Of a stretch of DNA of 64,000 bases, positions 14,101 to 29,100 are shown one piece after another (the first letter of the stretch is position 1; every line of letters starts with the position of its first letter). Origin of the DNA: Nageia nagi (lineage: Eukaryota > Plantae > Pinophyta); NCBI GenBank assembly GCA_050084985.1, contig JBITNC010000002.1, positions 3,038,001 to 3,102,000 of the forward strand, in the 5' to 3' direction. Under the pieces are notes generated by a model. That model was not told the DNA's origin, searched no databases, and worked only from the letters and a program-made list of their open reading frames with translations. A program made the position numbers and the translations under genes.

Positions 14101-17100
14101 TCCCATGTTGCAGTCTAAGGAGCTTAGAGGGGCTACGTTAGACCTTGGAGGAGCTAGGCACCCCACGTTGGGCATCTAGGAGGCTTGCCATCTGATGTTG
14201 AGCTTCAGGGAGACTGGAAACCCCTCGTTGAGCCTTGGGGAGGCTAGACATTTCGTAGATGGCCTTGGAGGAGCTAGGTACTCCACGTTGGGCATCTGGG
14301 AGACTTGCCATCTAACATTAAGCCTTGGGAGAGCTGAGCACCCCATGTTGAGTCTTAGTGATGATGGTTACCGAACGTTGGGCATGATAGGGGTTGCATT
14401 CCCCTCACAGAGCACTTTAGGGCTGAGAGGTGACACATTGAACCTAGGGAGGTTTGCACATATGTTGATGAGCCAACTAGCATTTGGGCACCCCACGTTG
14501 GAGGATGAGGAGGTTTATTGCTTCACACTGGTTGTGGAGGGAGTTTGGAACTCCACGTTGAGCTTTGAGGTGGATCGGCCTCATAAGTGGAGCAAAGGCT
14601 CCATCTGTTTTCACCCACTCATGATTTTCTTAAGGTTCTTGTACATACATCTCCATGCAGATACACACACAACCTCATGTGAATTAAGGACCATCATGGA
14701 GTAGTTGATGAGTGACAGTTATAGCAAACCAGAGTGTTTGCATACTACATTGATGCATGGATATGAGGCTTCAACTATGCACACCGCATTGCCATCCTGG
14801 ATGGAGAATATTGAAGTTGCATTCCATCATCAAGGAGCACAACTACCAAGACAAAAGGATTCTTGGAAGATAATATGTTGCAATCTTCCACCTTTGCTTG
14901 AGGGCAAGCAATTGCACAATTGTAATTAATCTTGGAATCTAATAGTTTCCTCTTGTAATATATTCTATTAATGCATTGTACTTTCATGTTTGTAACTTGG
15001 GATAGAAGACAATGGACCCCACTGTGAGCCCCAAGTGGGACGTCTCCCTCCCAAGCTTAGATTAGGAGTTATTAATGTACTTGGAGATCCCGATCTTGAT
15101 TGTGGGAATCCTAAGGTTTTTTATTACACTAGGATGGCTAGATGGACACTCATAGGCATGTGCCAGCCTTGGGGAGGCTCCCATACCCCTAGATTGGCCT
15201 AGCATGACACCTAGACCCCATGTTTTCCCCTTTGACCCATGAGGGCATGCGTGGCACCCCTAAACTCCTACGTTGGCACTTAATGCATCCCAGGACCCCA
15301 CCTTGGCATGTCTAACCTTTACGCACCTCGCGGTGCTAAGCAGTCCCCTAGGTGCAACATCTAGGAGGGCTTTCAGGCTGAGGGATCCTAATTGTCTACG
15401 GCATTGGTGCCTAGGAGGGCTTTTAGGCTGAGGGATCCTAATTGTCTACGGCATTGGTGCAATGCCCTTGCCCACCCTATGGTATTCCGAGGTATAGCTT
15501 CTACCTTAAGTGGTTTCCAGGATCAGAGGAGGGCTCCTTCGGTGGAAAGGATTTGGGTTTTGAGGGCGCAATACTATCCCATGGTTCAAGTATCGGTCCA
15601 ACAGTGAGTGACATACAAATTGTGCCTAGTTGGCTTCTTGGAGGCCAACGTCTAGCTCTGGGAGCTTGGTATTGTATTGATATTCATTGTTGATCATATA
15701 TACAACTAGTGGCACTTGGATCTCATATTTATATTGTGCATGCTTGTCTATTGCCATTGTTGGATTACCATTACATGTATTTGTGTAGATTGGCCAGATG
15801 TTGGCATTGTGAGTTTGTGTATATTGTTATTTGCTTGTATTGACCAGACTTTGGCATCTTGGTGTTGTGCATGTTTAATATTGATGCCCTAGCTTAGACG
15901 TTGGCATAATTGCATTGTGATAGCTTGAAGTGGATGCCCTAACCCTAACGTTGCCATATTGAGGGTTTGTGTGCTTGTGTTTGATGCCTTAGGCCTGATG
16001 TCAAGGTATATTGGTTAAAATTTGCTAATTTGCACTTGAGGGCTTGTTTGGATCCTTACAAAAAGTTATATTAGCCCTTGGAGCTTTATTGCTGGATGTA
16101 CAAAATTATCATCATTACTCATACCGTCCTGTGGACAGAAGACTTGGCGCAACGTCCAACAACATCCCTAGGTGCAGCATTTAGAACGGTTGATAGGTTG
16201 AGGGATCCTATTAATCTACGGCTTTGGTGTAGCACCCTAGCCTATCTGATGGTATTCCGAGGTTACACTTCTACCGTTCAGTTGGTCGCCAGGGTTTGAG
16301 GAGGGCTCCTTTGGTGGAGAGGATTCATATTATGAGGGAGTGAGGCTGTCCCATTCAGTGTTTTGTCCATCCAACAATAAAGATATTCATTGTGCCTAGT
16401 TGGCTCCTTGGAGGCCAATGTTGAGCCCTTGGGGCCTAATATTGTATTTGTATTTATTCTATATCTTCAATACAAGTCGTGGCTATTGGATCTCATATTG
16501 TGTTGTGCACTTGTCTATATTTGCAACATTGTGGTGTATTTACTGTTTCATGCATATTGTAGTCAAACATTGGCATTATTGTGTTGTGTAGACTTGTATT
16601 GGATGCCCTAACCCTAATGTTGGCATATTGAGGTGTTGTATGCTTGTTGACGCGTTTCTAGGCTAGACGTGGGTGCTTGTTCAATTCAATTTGCTTAATT
16701 GTGTGTGAAATTGCGTTTAGGCTTTTACAAATTGTCACTTATTCTGCATTCATCAATTTGGATAACTTTGAAAGAAGTGTTGATGTAGGTCCCATTTTTA
16801 TTTCTTAATCAACCTTATCAACTTAACGTAGAGCTTCCAAAAGAAAAAAATCATTTTTCCTAATAATGTCCCACAAGGTTCCTAATCACATCTTTATTCA
16901 AGAGAATGTTGTGTAAGAGTTATTCTGATTTGAATGCCTGTTGGACACATCACGGGATCAAATGTATGAAAGTGAGTCCCACTAGGGAGTGGGCAAGAGA
17001 ACCAATGTAACATGGTTGGTAATATCCTTCCTTGTGTCCACATCTTAGTAGCTCCTTTGCCAATCTTGTGAATCAATAAGTCAGTATTACTGATAGTCAA

Positions 17101-20100
17101 GAAGTTTGTTGATTTGTCACCTAAGGGGATGTTGAAGTTCTTAGAATATTTGAAATGTGCATAAAGGGATCCCTTTAAATTGCTTAAGGCAATATTACTG
17201 GTTGATGGTGACATTGAGTTTCAACTATATGTTTCAAAAATATGAGTTTTGATCTAGATTATCTTCTAAAATTCCACCTGAATTATCAAGCTCTATCAAT
17301 TATAAAGTTATCTTCCAAATTTTATCAAGATTTGAATGATCACTTTTTGAATTTTTATAATTCTGAATTATCATCTCACATATTTATTGAATGATGTTTG
17401 AGAAATTTCAAAGTTTATCTATGTTCTAATTGCATAATATTTTGAATTATCCATGTATAATCTTTATTGATCTATCTATGCCATAAAGTTCTAAATCTTG
17501 TATCATTTATTGCATGCTTTATCACTACTAGAAAAAAAGGTTCGTAATCAGTCATCACTATCAAGATTTATCATGTTCCCTGCAAACAATCTAGGATAAG
17601 TGAACAAAATCCACCAATAATCTTTGTTTTGTAGATCTCTACCCTATCATTAAGATTTTACTTCACTCTGAAAGGACATGCTCATCCAAGCTCCTGTAGA
17701 TCTCAAACTTTAAGGCAAGGATGTGTCTCCAACCAAATCTGATAGGTTTGATCGTTCTGAAATTTTCTAGAATTTTTTTCCTTCTACATAACAATTTTTC
17801 ACAATATCTTTGTAGGAGCAATATTGTAAGACATTGTCATATTTGGTATCCTTTTTATTTTGGAATATGGCATTAAGTTCTCTCCCTCAACCATATTCTG
17901 AAATGGGCAAAATATAGACACTTAAAATTGCATTTCAATGATGGAAAATAACTTTATTTGGGTGATTTATTTGATTTATGCAAAAATAGAACTTTGGGCT
18001 CATTTTGGATTGTTCCAAAATAAATTGAAATGCTCCAACTTACATTGTCTTATATGCATATATTGTTCTAGATGGGTCCACCTTGTAAACCCAAAATAAA
18101 TTTTTTGAAACCTATATAAAGAACTTCCTATTTCTCATTTTGATAAGACATGAAGAATCATCCATCTAGGACATCACTCCTTTATCCTTGAGGCTTGACT
18201 CAACAATTATCAATGTTTTATACAAGATCTAGCTATATGCAATTGCAAATCATTGAAGAGAGTCAAGTGGAACCTCTTGGAAACAACATATCCCAGAACG
18301 ATCACCTTGCCAATACGCCTAACATTCTAGCATGCCATCCCAAACTATGTGGCACTTTGGCAGTGTCATCCCAAAACAAAGGCGTTCTAGTCCAAACACT
18401 CGACGACCTGTGCATTTCACCTGGATTGATCCAAAATATTTATGCATTAATTCTAATATCTTCCAAAGGCAAAATCATCCTCAAATCATAGTTTTCAAAA
18501 TTATCTCTATGATCATTTTGATGTCATCCTAGTAGAGCTAGGGTTCACCCTCCAACATTACAAGTTGTCTGTTAGCAAAGCTTCCATCACTCCACCCTCC
18601 AGGTAAGTCTTCTATGTATCTCCAATTCTACAAATTACTATGAATCTATTTTCTTTCATAAACAATAAAACATGTGCATATTTTAATATATTGTCTTTTA
18701 TTTTTGTTTTCATTGCCCAATTACCCATTCAATGTCCAACAAAACAATCTAGTTTTATTATTTATAGTTGGGGAAACCCAAGTAGTTTCCAATCAAATTA
18801 AATAAAATCTAATATATGCAACAAAATATGTTTGAATATTTGTGTCTTAAATTGGGTTGGTTTTCTATTTAGTATTATCACATTTTCTTTTTCACCAGCA
18901 AGAATAGAAAACTAGCCAACAAACATCAACTAACTAGAGTTTAATTCTCATTAATTGTTTTTTTTTTTTCTCATTCTAGGATTCAATATTGAATTGTTGA
19001 AGCAAGAACGAATGTTTTCTTTAACAATATCTTTGGTCCTTGAGTCCCAAATGTCACCATTCTTATATCATTTCTATCTTCAATTTGTATTGACGATGCT
19101 TTAGGCACCCTCTAGCCTTCTTGCTGCTTTTGCTTAATCTTTATATAGTCTCCTTGACCATCTTGATATCACATGGAAATAGAACATTCTAGAGAGAGGT
19201 GGAGGAAAGTTTCTTCATTTTCCTAGCATGTCTTGCATTTGAAGGACCCATGAAATCCTCTCTTCATAAGTTGATCTCATGTTATAACTCTTTTGGGTTG
19301 TAAAAGGAAAATGAATAATCTTTAGGCAAAAATTTTGGGTTTTTTTCATTGTGCCTTGTATTTGCTACTCTTCAATGGTATCCATTGCATACCAACTTCC
19401 CAACTTTTGCTTAGTGGTTTGCAATAATCAACTATGTTCACTCAACTGACCTATTGGAAATGAGCAATCGAAGAACTTTGCATTATTGAGAAGAGAGATT
19501 ATATACAAGTAGGAGAGGGAGTTACATTCTTGTAGAATAATGGTCCCTCTAGAAACCCTAATCTCTAATATTAAATATTACTAATAATACTAATGCATTA
19601 TTTAATTATCTATCTAATATAGATACCTAAATGTATCTAATAATAAGACTAATGTTTATTTCTAACGCCCCCACTAATACACTGGGTTTTGAGGACATGA
19701 GAGGAAGTTTTGAAAGTATTCAAACTTTCCACTATCTAGAGATTTGGTGAAGACATCTGCAATTTGCTTCTTCGTAGAAATATAATTGAGATGAACATTG
19801 TACAGTGAAACATGGTCGCAAATGAAATGCACCTGTATCTGAATGTGTTTGGTGCGCTCGTAGAAAATATGATTGCAAACCATCTTTAACACACTTTGTC
19901 CCAATGCAGAATTGTGGGTTGTTTATGTGGAATTATGATGTCTGTCAAAATGCGACATCACCATACTACTTCACAAACATCTCCTGCAACATGGTATTCC
20001 AACTTTGTGGTAGATCTGGATGTTATGCTTTGTTTCTTGCTACCTCATGAAATCGGTCCAGATCCAAGGAAGAACACATATTCTGTTGTTGATCTCCTAT

Positions 20101-23100
20101 CATCCAAGGATCCTCCATAATATGCATGTGTATCCAGACACGACGGACTTATTGTTCTTCTTGTATTCTAAGTCGTAACTATCAGTGCCAGGGATGTATC
20201 TCAGAATATGCTTTGCTGTAGTCTATTAGGCCTTCTTTGGTTCATGCATGAATCGTGAAAGATAACTAATGACATAGCAAATATCTGACTTGGTGTATGC
20301 TATGTAAATTAACCCTCCAATCAGCTAACAATAAAGAGTTGCATTTACTGGTGGAGAACAATCATGGCATGACAAATGTAAATCAGGTTCAATTGACATG
20401 GACATCGGTTGGCAATTTGTCATCCTAAATTTCTCCAACAAGCTCTTGGTGTACTTCATCTGTGAAACAAATATCTGGTCCTGCATCTACCAAACCTCCA
20501 ATCCAAGGCAATAGTGAAGTAAACCAAGGTCAGTCATGTCGAATGATCTTTTGAGGTTATATTTACAAGATGTGATCAACTCCTTAGTGTTGCCTATGAT
20601 AACTAGATCATCGACATATACTACAACTATGACAATCGCCCCCAATGTTGTTGAAGGTAGAGGTTAGGATTATACAAACTCCTATTGAAGCCATGTTTGT
20701 AGTAGGCGATCATCAATTTTCATGTACCAAGCTCGTGGAGCCTGTTTTAAGCCATACAGAGACTTGATCAATCTACACACTTTTCTTTTGCTTGGATCAA
20801 TCATAAACCCTTCAGGTTGCCACATATAGATTTGTTTCTCTAAGTCTTCATTTAAGAAGTTGCTCTTCACATCCATCTAATGGACTTTCCAGCCAAATGG
20901 TGCTACCATTACAAAAGTAATTTTGATGGTCTTCATCTTGGTTGTGGAAGCAAATGTCTCCTCATAGTCGATACCTTCCTCTTGAGCATATGCTTTGGCA
21001 ACTAGCTGGGCCTTGTGCTTATCGAGTGTCCCATCAACTTTGTACTTAGTTTTGAACACCCATTTGCATTTAATGACCTTCTTCCTTGGTGGAAGTTATA
21101 CCAGCTTCCATGTGCCATTTTTCATTAATGCATCATATTCAACCTGCATGGTTGACTTCCAATGCGGTAGCTCAATGGCTTCATGAATCGTTTTAGGTTC
21201 AAGTGTATTCACCACTATGCTCATAAGTGCCAAGTTCACTTCCTCACGAGCCATGCTTCGTGTCCTTGGTATGGAAGTAGAAGTGTTTGGTTCAAATTTG
21301 AATCCTGCAGTGTCTTTTGTTACCACTTAGTTCTTCTAGCATTTTCAGGTGGCAAATTCATAGCTGGAGTTTCTCTCTCATCATCCTCATTATCATAATT
21401 GATTATGGGACCACTGTCAAGTTCAGGTACCTTTGCAGGTGGACTATTTGAAGATTCACCAATCTCATAAAAAATGACATGTCTTCTAATATAGATATTT
21501 AGAGTAGTAGGATCCATGAGTTTGTATCCTTTGGATTCACTACTATACCCAAGAAGAACGACCTCAAGGACTTGTCATCCAATTTCTTTCTTTGCTCTTT
21601 GGGAATGTGCATATAAGCAGTGCAACCAAATACTCAAAGATGTGAGATAGATGGTTTTTCTCTTGTCCATCCTTCGTCATCTCATCAAAAGTGTTTGAAG
21701 GTGCTCTATTCAGCAGATATATGACAACGTTCATTGCATCTTGCAAAAATTTTTCTTCCAACTTGGCATCTTTCAACATACTTCTCGCCATTTCAACTAT
21801 GGTTCTATTTTACCTCTCACAAACCCCATTTTGCTGTGGTGTGTTAGGTGTGGTCAACTGTCGCCAAATTCCATGATGCTTCAAGAATGCAGAAAACTCA
21901 TTTGATAAGTATTCTCCTCCTTGATCTGAACAAAGAACATGGATGTGATGACCAATGGCATTCTCCACACAAGCTTTGAAGTCTTTGAAATATTGAAAGG
22001 TTTCATCTTTTGTTTTCAACAAGAACACCCACATTTTTATGGAGTAATCATCAATGAATAGAAGTATCTTCAGCCACAATTATTGACACTCATGGGTCCG
22101 CACAGATCAGTGTGTATCACATCAAGAAGACCTTTAGCATGATGTGTGCAAGGCTCAAAGGGAAGTATGTGTTTTTTTCTTGTGATGCAAGCAAAACAAA
22201 CATTAGTAGGAGAAGCAAGAGATGGGAGACCACATACCATATCTTGCTTTTGAAGAGTGCTTAGGTAGTTTAGATTCATGTGTCCAAGTTGTCAATGCCA
22301 AAGAGTGGTCACATCTACGACACAAACATTGAGAGCTTGATTGTTTGAAGCTACAACATCAAGCGGAAACATTCTCCCAACTCCTTGAGCTTTCACTGCA
22401 ATTTGACAATCTCTTGATTTATCGTATATAAAGAAAATGTTTTCTCCTTTCACAATATCAAACTCCACTTTCAAATTGTTGTCCAACATCTGACTAACTG
22501 ACAAGAGTTCTTCGTGAGGCCTAGCACATACAAGACCTCTTTGATTTGACAGTTGTTCTTTCCAAGACGGATGTGCATATCATGCTTTCCTTCAATGTCA
22601 TGGGATGTATCATCGTGCAATCGAACTTGAATAGGATTTGTGTTATCATCCAAAGAAGCAAACCAATCCTTTCAACCAATCATGTGCTTGGAAGCACCAA
22701 AATCAACATACCAAATGGATGAGACTGAAGAGTTATCTTGATGAACAAAAGCATGATTGTCAACATCTTCAATCACTTCATTAGCATCGTTTACAACATT
22801 GCTTTGTTGTTGTCTTCATTGTGGTATTCTTTGTTTCCACTCCCCCTGATTCTGAGGGTTTTCCCCTTTTTTGTTTTTGATTCTTATTGCTCAAAGAGAC
22901 TTGAGCAAAAGAATTGTACTAACAATCCTGCAATTCATACCCTTTCTTGCCACAAATCATACAAGCTTTCGTTTGCTTATCATTTTTTCCTTTTTCTTTT
23001 TTCTGGAAGGCCTTCTTGCCTCTTTGATTCGACATCATGGCTTATTCCTCTTCATGAGAATTATCATTGAAGGCTTCTTCTTGTTGCAACATATTGACCA

Positions 23101-26100
23101 AATTTTCAAAACTAGGTTTTTGTTCTATAATATTGAAGGAAGTCACAAAGGTGTATAATTTCTCTTGAAGTGCTTTCGGAACAATGGGTACTTGGAGTTT
23201 GTCTTCCACCATCTCTCCTAAAGCTTGTAGGGAGGCTTAGAGTTTCGAAATTTGATGAAGGAATGATTCCAATTTCTCTCTAGCTTTCAACCTTAGTGTC
23301 TGTAACTGTTCTTGAAGATGCAAAATTTGATTCAGGTTCTTGGACTCATAGACTTGTTGCAACTTCTTCCATGTGTCTTCAGTTTTAGTGCATTTCACGG
23401 ACGTGTGTCCAAGTTGTCAATGCCAAAGAGTGGTCACATCTACTTTAGGGGTTTGTTTGTTATCGTATTAGGCATGTTTTAAGCTATGTTTGGAGTATTG
23501 TTATCACATGTTTAGCTACTTCTCCTGGACTGAGATGGCTATGGTTTGTAGTGTTGTTGAGAATAGTAAATTCTCTAACTTCTTGTTTGTAAGTTTGTAA
23601 ACCTTGTGGATTCCGTTGTTGAGAACCCAAGGCTATATATTGACATCAATAAACCATGGACAAAAAAGCTCCATTATTTCTCTTATTGTGGTATCAGAGC
23701 AAGTTCAATCTATTGGGATTGAGTAGTGAGTGAGGTGACTTGTATGAAGTTTTGAAAGCTTCATTTGAAGAGGATCCAACAACTCTTGGAAGAAGATTGT
23801 CAATTGTGATTGTAGCAATGGCAAATTCAAATGGGAATGTTCCAATTCCAGAATTCAAAGGAGAGAACTATGATTATTGGTCTACCAAAATGAGGCATTT
23901 GCTCATTGGTAAAGGCTATTGGGATATCATAGAAGAAGGCTATGTTGAACCTACTGATTGGAGTCTAGTTCCAGCTGCCCAAAAGCAAACCTTGAAGGAG
24001 GCACAAAAGAAGAATAGCATGGCAATGTACTTCATTCAAGCTGCCTTAGATGAATCCATTTATCCAAGAATCACAAGTTGCACTTCAGCCCAAGAAGCTT
24101 GGAAAGTCTTGAAGGAGAGCTATGAAGGTAGCAAACAAGTCAAGCAAGTGAGGTTGCAAACTCGCAAAATGGAGTTTGAAAATCTCAAGATGAGAGAAGA
24201 TGAGAAGGTTGGAGACTATTGTTTGAGAGCCAAGATTTGTGTAGACAAAATGAGAGCTCTTGGAGAAGAAGTAGAGAATGAAGTGATTGTCAAAAAGGTG
24301 TTGAGAACACTTTTGCCCAAGTGGACCCAAGTCTCCATTGTGATTGAAGAGAGTAAGGATCTATCTACTCTCACCTATGATCAACTCATAGGATCATTAA
24401 TGTCTCATGAGGAAAGGTTTTCTTCAACTCCACATCTTGGAGGCATGGAAGAAAAAGCTTTTTCATCCAAAGAGGGTGAAACTAGTGGCCAAGCCAAAGG
24501 CCATGGAAGAGGTAGAGGAAGATCTCCCTTTAGAGGAAGAAAAGGTCCTCAAGGTAGAGGAAGTGGAAGAGGTGATAAAAGTAACAAGCAATGTTACTAT
24601 TGCCATAAATATGGACACTTTGAGAAAGAGTGTAGAACAAAGGCTGCAAATGAAGCAAAGGAGAGTGCAAACTATGGAGAGGAAGGAGAGCCTTCTTCAC
24701 TCTTCTTGTCATATGGAAAATCTTATCAAAGCATGGGACAAACATGGCTCCTTGATACTGGTTGTAGCAATCATATGACTGGTAATGGAGAATTATTTTC
24801 TTCAATCAATAACTCATATAAGTCCAAGATCACTCTTGGAGATGATAAAGCCTTGCATGTTGAAGGCATTGGAGCTATGGATGTGCACACCAAAGAAGGT
24901 ATTAAGAAGGTAAAGGATGTTTATCATATTCCCAATTTGAAGCATAATCTCTTGAGTGTTGGTCAAATGATGGAGCACAATTATAGTCTTTTATTTGCAA
25001 AGAATGCTTGCAAGATTTTTGATAGTGGGAATAGGCCTGTTACTACTATTCCAATGACCAAAAATAGATTGTTCCCTCTCAAATTTGGGGAGCAAGGTAC
25101 CAATTTTGCACATGTGGCTATTGATAATAAAAATTGGTTGTGGCACTTGAGATATGGGCATTTAAATTTCTCAAGTTTGAAGACATTGGCTTCTCAAGAG
25201 ATGGTTTATGGGCTTCCAAAAGTAGATGATCCAAAGAAGATTTGTGAAGGATGTGTATTGGGAAAGCATTCAAGAGAAAGCTTTCCAAAAGATCAAGCAT
25301 GGAGGGCTTCCTATCCCTACAATTGGTGCATAGTGATTTGTGTGGACCTATGCAAACTCAAAGTCTTGGTAAGAACTACTACTTCCTCACTTTCATTGAT
25401 GATTTTTCAAGAATGTGTTGGGTGTACCTCTTGAAAACTAAAGATGAAACATTTGATAAATTCAAAGAATTCAAAATAAAAGTGGAAAATGAAAGTGGGT
25501 ATGCAATCAAGTGTTTAAGAAGTGATAGAGGAGGTGAATTTTGTTCCAATGAATTCTTCAATTTTTGTAATAATTGTGGAATTAAAAGGCAATTAACAAG
25601 TGCATACACACCACAACAAAACGGAGTGGCTGAAAGAAAGAATAAAACCTTGAATAATATGGCTAGAAGTATGCTCCAAACTAAGAATTTGTCAAAAATG
25701 TATTGGGGGGAGGCAATTAGGACAGCCATGTATCTCTTGAATAGATGTCCTACCTCTAGTTTGGATGGGGTGACACCATATGAAGCTTGGTATGGAAAAA
25801 AGCCAACTGTTGCACATTTGAAAGTTTTTGGTTGTTTAGCCTATGCTCATGTTCCAAAAGAAAATAGGCAAAAGCTTGATGCAAAAAGTGGACCATGTAT
25901 CTTTATTGGGTATTGTGAAAATACCAAAGCATGGAGATTGTACAATCCAAAAACTGAAAAGCTTATTATATCTAGAGATGTGATTTTTGATGAAGGGGGA
26001 GCATGGGGTCATCAAAAATACTATTTGGATGGTGATTCCAATGATAGTGGCTCTCCAAATGTGCAAGCAAAGATTCAGCTCAAGCAAGCAAAGATACCTC

Positions 26101-29100
26101 AAGATGGCAATCAAGTAAGTTCTTCCAATTCTAGCCCATGTTCTTCACCAAGTTCAAAATCCTCAAGTGATGGTTCTTTGGAGGAAGCAAAAATAAATTT
26201 AAAGAAACATAAGCAATTTTTGATTGATCATCCATCATCACAAATGCTTGATCAAAACTTTGGTAGAAGAATAACAAGAGCACAAGCTAAAGAAATTGAA
26301 AGTGTTGTTAATAATCTTCAAAATATGCACTTGTATGGAGATAGCAATGATGGTGAATCAAAAGGTGATGTGGTAAATTATGCTTTGATGAGTATAATTA
26401 ATGTTGAACCTTCTTGTTATGAAATTGCATGTACTAATGATTTGTGGATAAAAGCAATGCAAGAGGAGATGGACTCCATCAAGAAAAATGATACTTGGGA
26501 GCTAGTTGAGCTTCCACAAGGAAAGAAGGTAGTAGGCTCCAAGTGGGTCTACAAGACAAAGTATAATGCAAATGGCACTATTCAAAAACACAAAGCAAGA
26601 CTAGTGGCAAAAGGTTTCACTCAAAAGTATGGCATTGATTATGAGGAGACTTTTGCACCCGTTGCAAGGCAAGAGACAATTAGATTGGTTCTATCCTTGG
26701 CTGCCCAAAAAGGATGGAGAGTGCATCACCTTGATGTGAAGAGTGCATTGTTGAATGGATACATACAAGAAGAGGTATATGTACAACAACCTCAAGGATT
26801 TGAGATCAAAGGCAAAGAGGACATGGTCTACAAATTGAAGAAGGCCTTGTATGGCCTCAAACAAGCTCCTAGAGCTTGGTACTCAAGGATTGATTGATAC
26901 TTTCATCAATATGGTCTTGTGAAAAGCAAGAGTGAGCCTACTCTCTATTATTTAAAAAAATGTAATGATATTATGATTGTATGCTTGTATGTAGATGATT
27001 TAATTTACATGGGAAGCAATGATAGGATGAATGAAGAGTTTAAAGAGTCTATGATGAAAGAGTTTGATATGAAAGACCTAGGTCTCATGCATTATTTCCT
27101 AGGTATGGAAGTGTATCAAAATGATAGTGAAATTTTTATTTGTCAAACCAAATATGCCAAAGATATGTTGTCCAAATATGGCATGGAAAATTGTAAACCA
27201 GTTCCTACTCCAATTGCTCATGGGGAGTTATTGAGAAAGGAAGATGGTAGTGAAAGGGTAGATGTCACCACATATAGGAGTATGGTTGGGAGTCTTATGT
27301 TTCTCACTAATACTCGTCCAGATATTGCATTTGTTGTTTCTTTTGTTTCTAGGTACATGAGTGAACCTACCGAAACTCACATGAAGGCTACCAAGAGGAT
27401 CATGAGGTACATCAAAGGCACCATTGGTTTTGGCATCCATTACTACAAAGAAAGCAAGGTGAAACTTGTTGGCTATAGTGATTCAGATTGGGGAAGCAAT
27501 ATTGATGATAGAAAGTCTACTTCCGGAAATTGCTTCAACATTGGATCAGGACTAATCACATGGAGTTCTAAGAAGCAAACAACTGTTGCACTATCTTCTA
27601 CAGAGGCAGAATACATTGCAATCACAAGTGCAAGCACCCAAGCATTGTGGTTGAGAAAGATTTTTAAAGAACTTGGTGAGCAACAAAGAGATGCTACTAA
27701 GTTGTTTTGTGATAATGCTAGTGCAATTCAACTTGCAAACAATCCAGTACATCACAGCAGGTCCAAACATTTTGATATGAAATACCATTTCATTAGAGAC
27801 ATGGTGGAGAAGAAGATTGTTGATTTGGAACACATCAACACCAAGGAGAATATAGCGGATTTATTTACCAAAGGAGTAAACAAAACTTAGTTTATGATAC
27901 TGAGAGACTTGCTAGTTAGTCCCCTCAGCATCAAGGGGGAGCATGTTGGAGTTTTGACTCCATAATATGTGTTTTTGCAATGTTCTGGAATAAATCCGCC
28001 TATGACAGAGATTGCCACTGATCGCCGCCGATCGCCACCGGTTGCTGCCGATCGTTGCCGATCCTATAAGATCACTGTCGATTGCTGTGTAGAGAAAACG
28101 ACAGTGTGCGGGAAGAATGAGTTTGTTTTTGCAACAACTTTCTTGTTATTGATTGTTTTGTCTTCCTACTTTAGGGGTTTGTTTGTTATCGTATTAGGCA
28201 TGTTTTAAGCTATGTTTGGAGTATTGTTATCACATGTTTAGCTACTTCTCCTGGACTGAGATGGCTATGGTTTGTAGTGTTGTTGAGAATAGTAAATTCT
28301 CTAACTTCTTGTTTGTAAGTTTGTAAACCTTGTGGATTCCGTTGTTGAGAACCCAAGGCTATATATTGACATCAATAAACCATGGAAAAAAAAGCTCCAT
28401 TATTTCTCTCAAGATTCACTCGAGGGACGAAAGCAGAATGGCTGTTGGCACACTGTTTTGCAGTGTTGAAACATGGGTTGGCTAGAGGCACTGCAATGAA
28501 CGTTTTTCTTACTACACACTCAGAGACACACTACTCTCTGCTCTTCAACAGTTCTATAGGTTGGACTACACATGGCTAGGCATGGTTTGAAGTTGTGGTT
28601 GTTGGGCTCACAGCCATACAATTTCAACTCTTAGCTACCAAAATGATATGGATTTGCTATGCACGGTTTGCAGTGGATGGGGGTGCTGGACAACGGTTCA
28701 ACTTTTGCAAATCTTCTCCTCAACACAACAAATTTTTCCCTTTCACACAATGGTAGTTCTCACAACTTTGATCACACCAGAATGGTTGGCTGTGATTTTT
28801 TCTCAGAGGTTGGGAGGAAGGGAGAGATCAAGCAGATCTTCTTGTTTCTTCTCTCTCCAACAAGGAAATAGCTGCTGAGTATTTTACACTTGGTTCTCGA
28901 AGCATGGAAAACTTCTCACAGTTCTCTCCTTCAAAAAAACAAAACAATGGATCTTCACAAGACAAGAGTTGTTTTTCTCATGCTTCTAGCAGCAAGGAAA
29001 GAACCTCAATCAAGCTTGCTCTAATACCATATTGGAAATGAGCAATCAAAGTTCTTTGCATTATTAAGAAGAGAGATTAAATACAAGTAGGAGAGGGAGT

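Larger units (their letters stand above)
10655..16060 (+). mobile_element. Non-autonomous Ty3/gypsy-type element (gag + protease relics, no RT/RH/IN); LTRs 10655-11900 and ~14912-16060
   Basis: Paired LTRs ending GATCCTTACA; degenerate tRNA-Met PBS TTGTATCAAAGC at 11902; gag relic (HFEGDALEWWQ), CFYC..H.C knuckle near 13400, protease VLIDPRVSHNFID; flanks AAAAA/AAAAG. Confidence 0.88.
10136..16729 (+). mobile_element. Solo LTR (family A), split by a related element into 10136-10654 and 16061-16729
   Basis: TGTGACGTCCCC...TTTTACA; perfect TSD AATTG (10131-10135/16730-16734). Confidence 0.88.

Noticed and set aside
14195-14704. 169-aa ORF as a real protein
   Set aside because: It is mostly a translation of the 30-bp tandem repeat.
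16735-18950. Possible transposase or LINE coding relic
   Set aside because: No motif could be read convincingly in any frame; left unannotated.
25315-25317. Programmed ribosomal frameshift in the copia
   Set aside because: It falls at the start of the integrase core, not at the gag/pol boundary, and there is no slippery heptamer; a 1-bp loss explains it.
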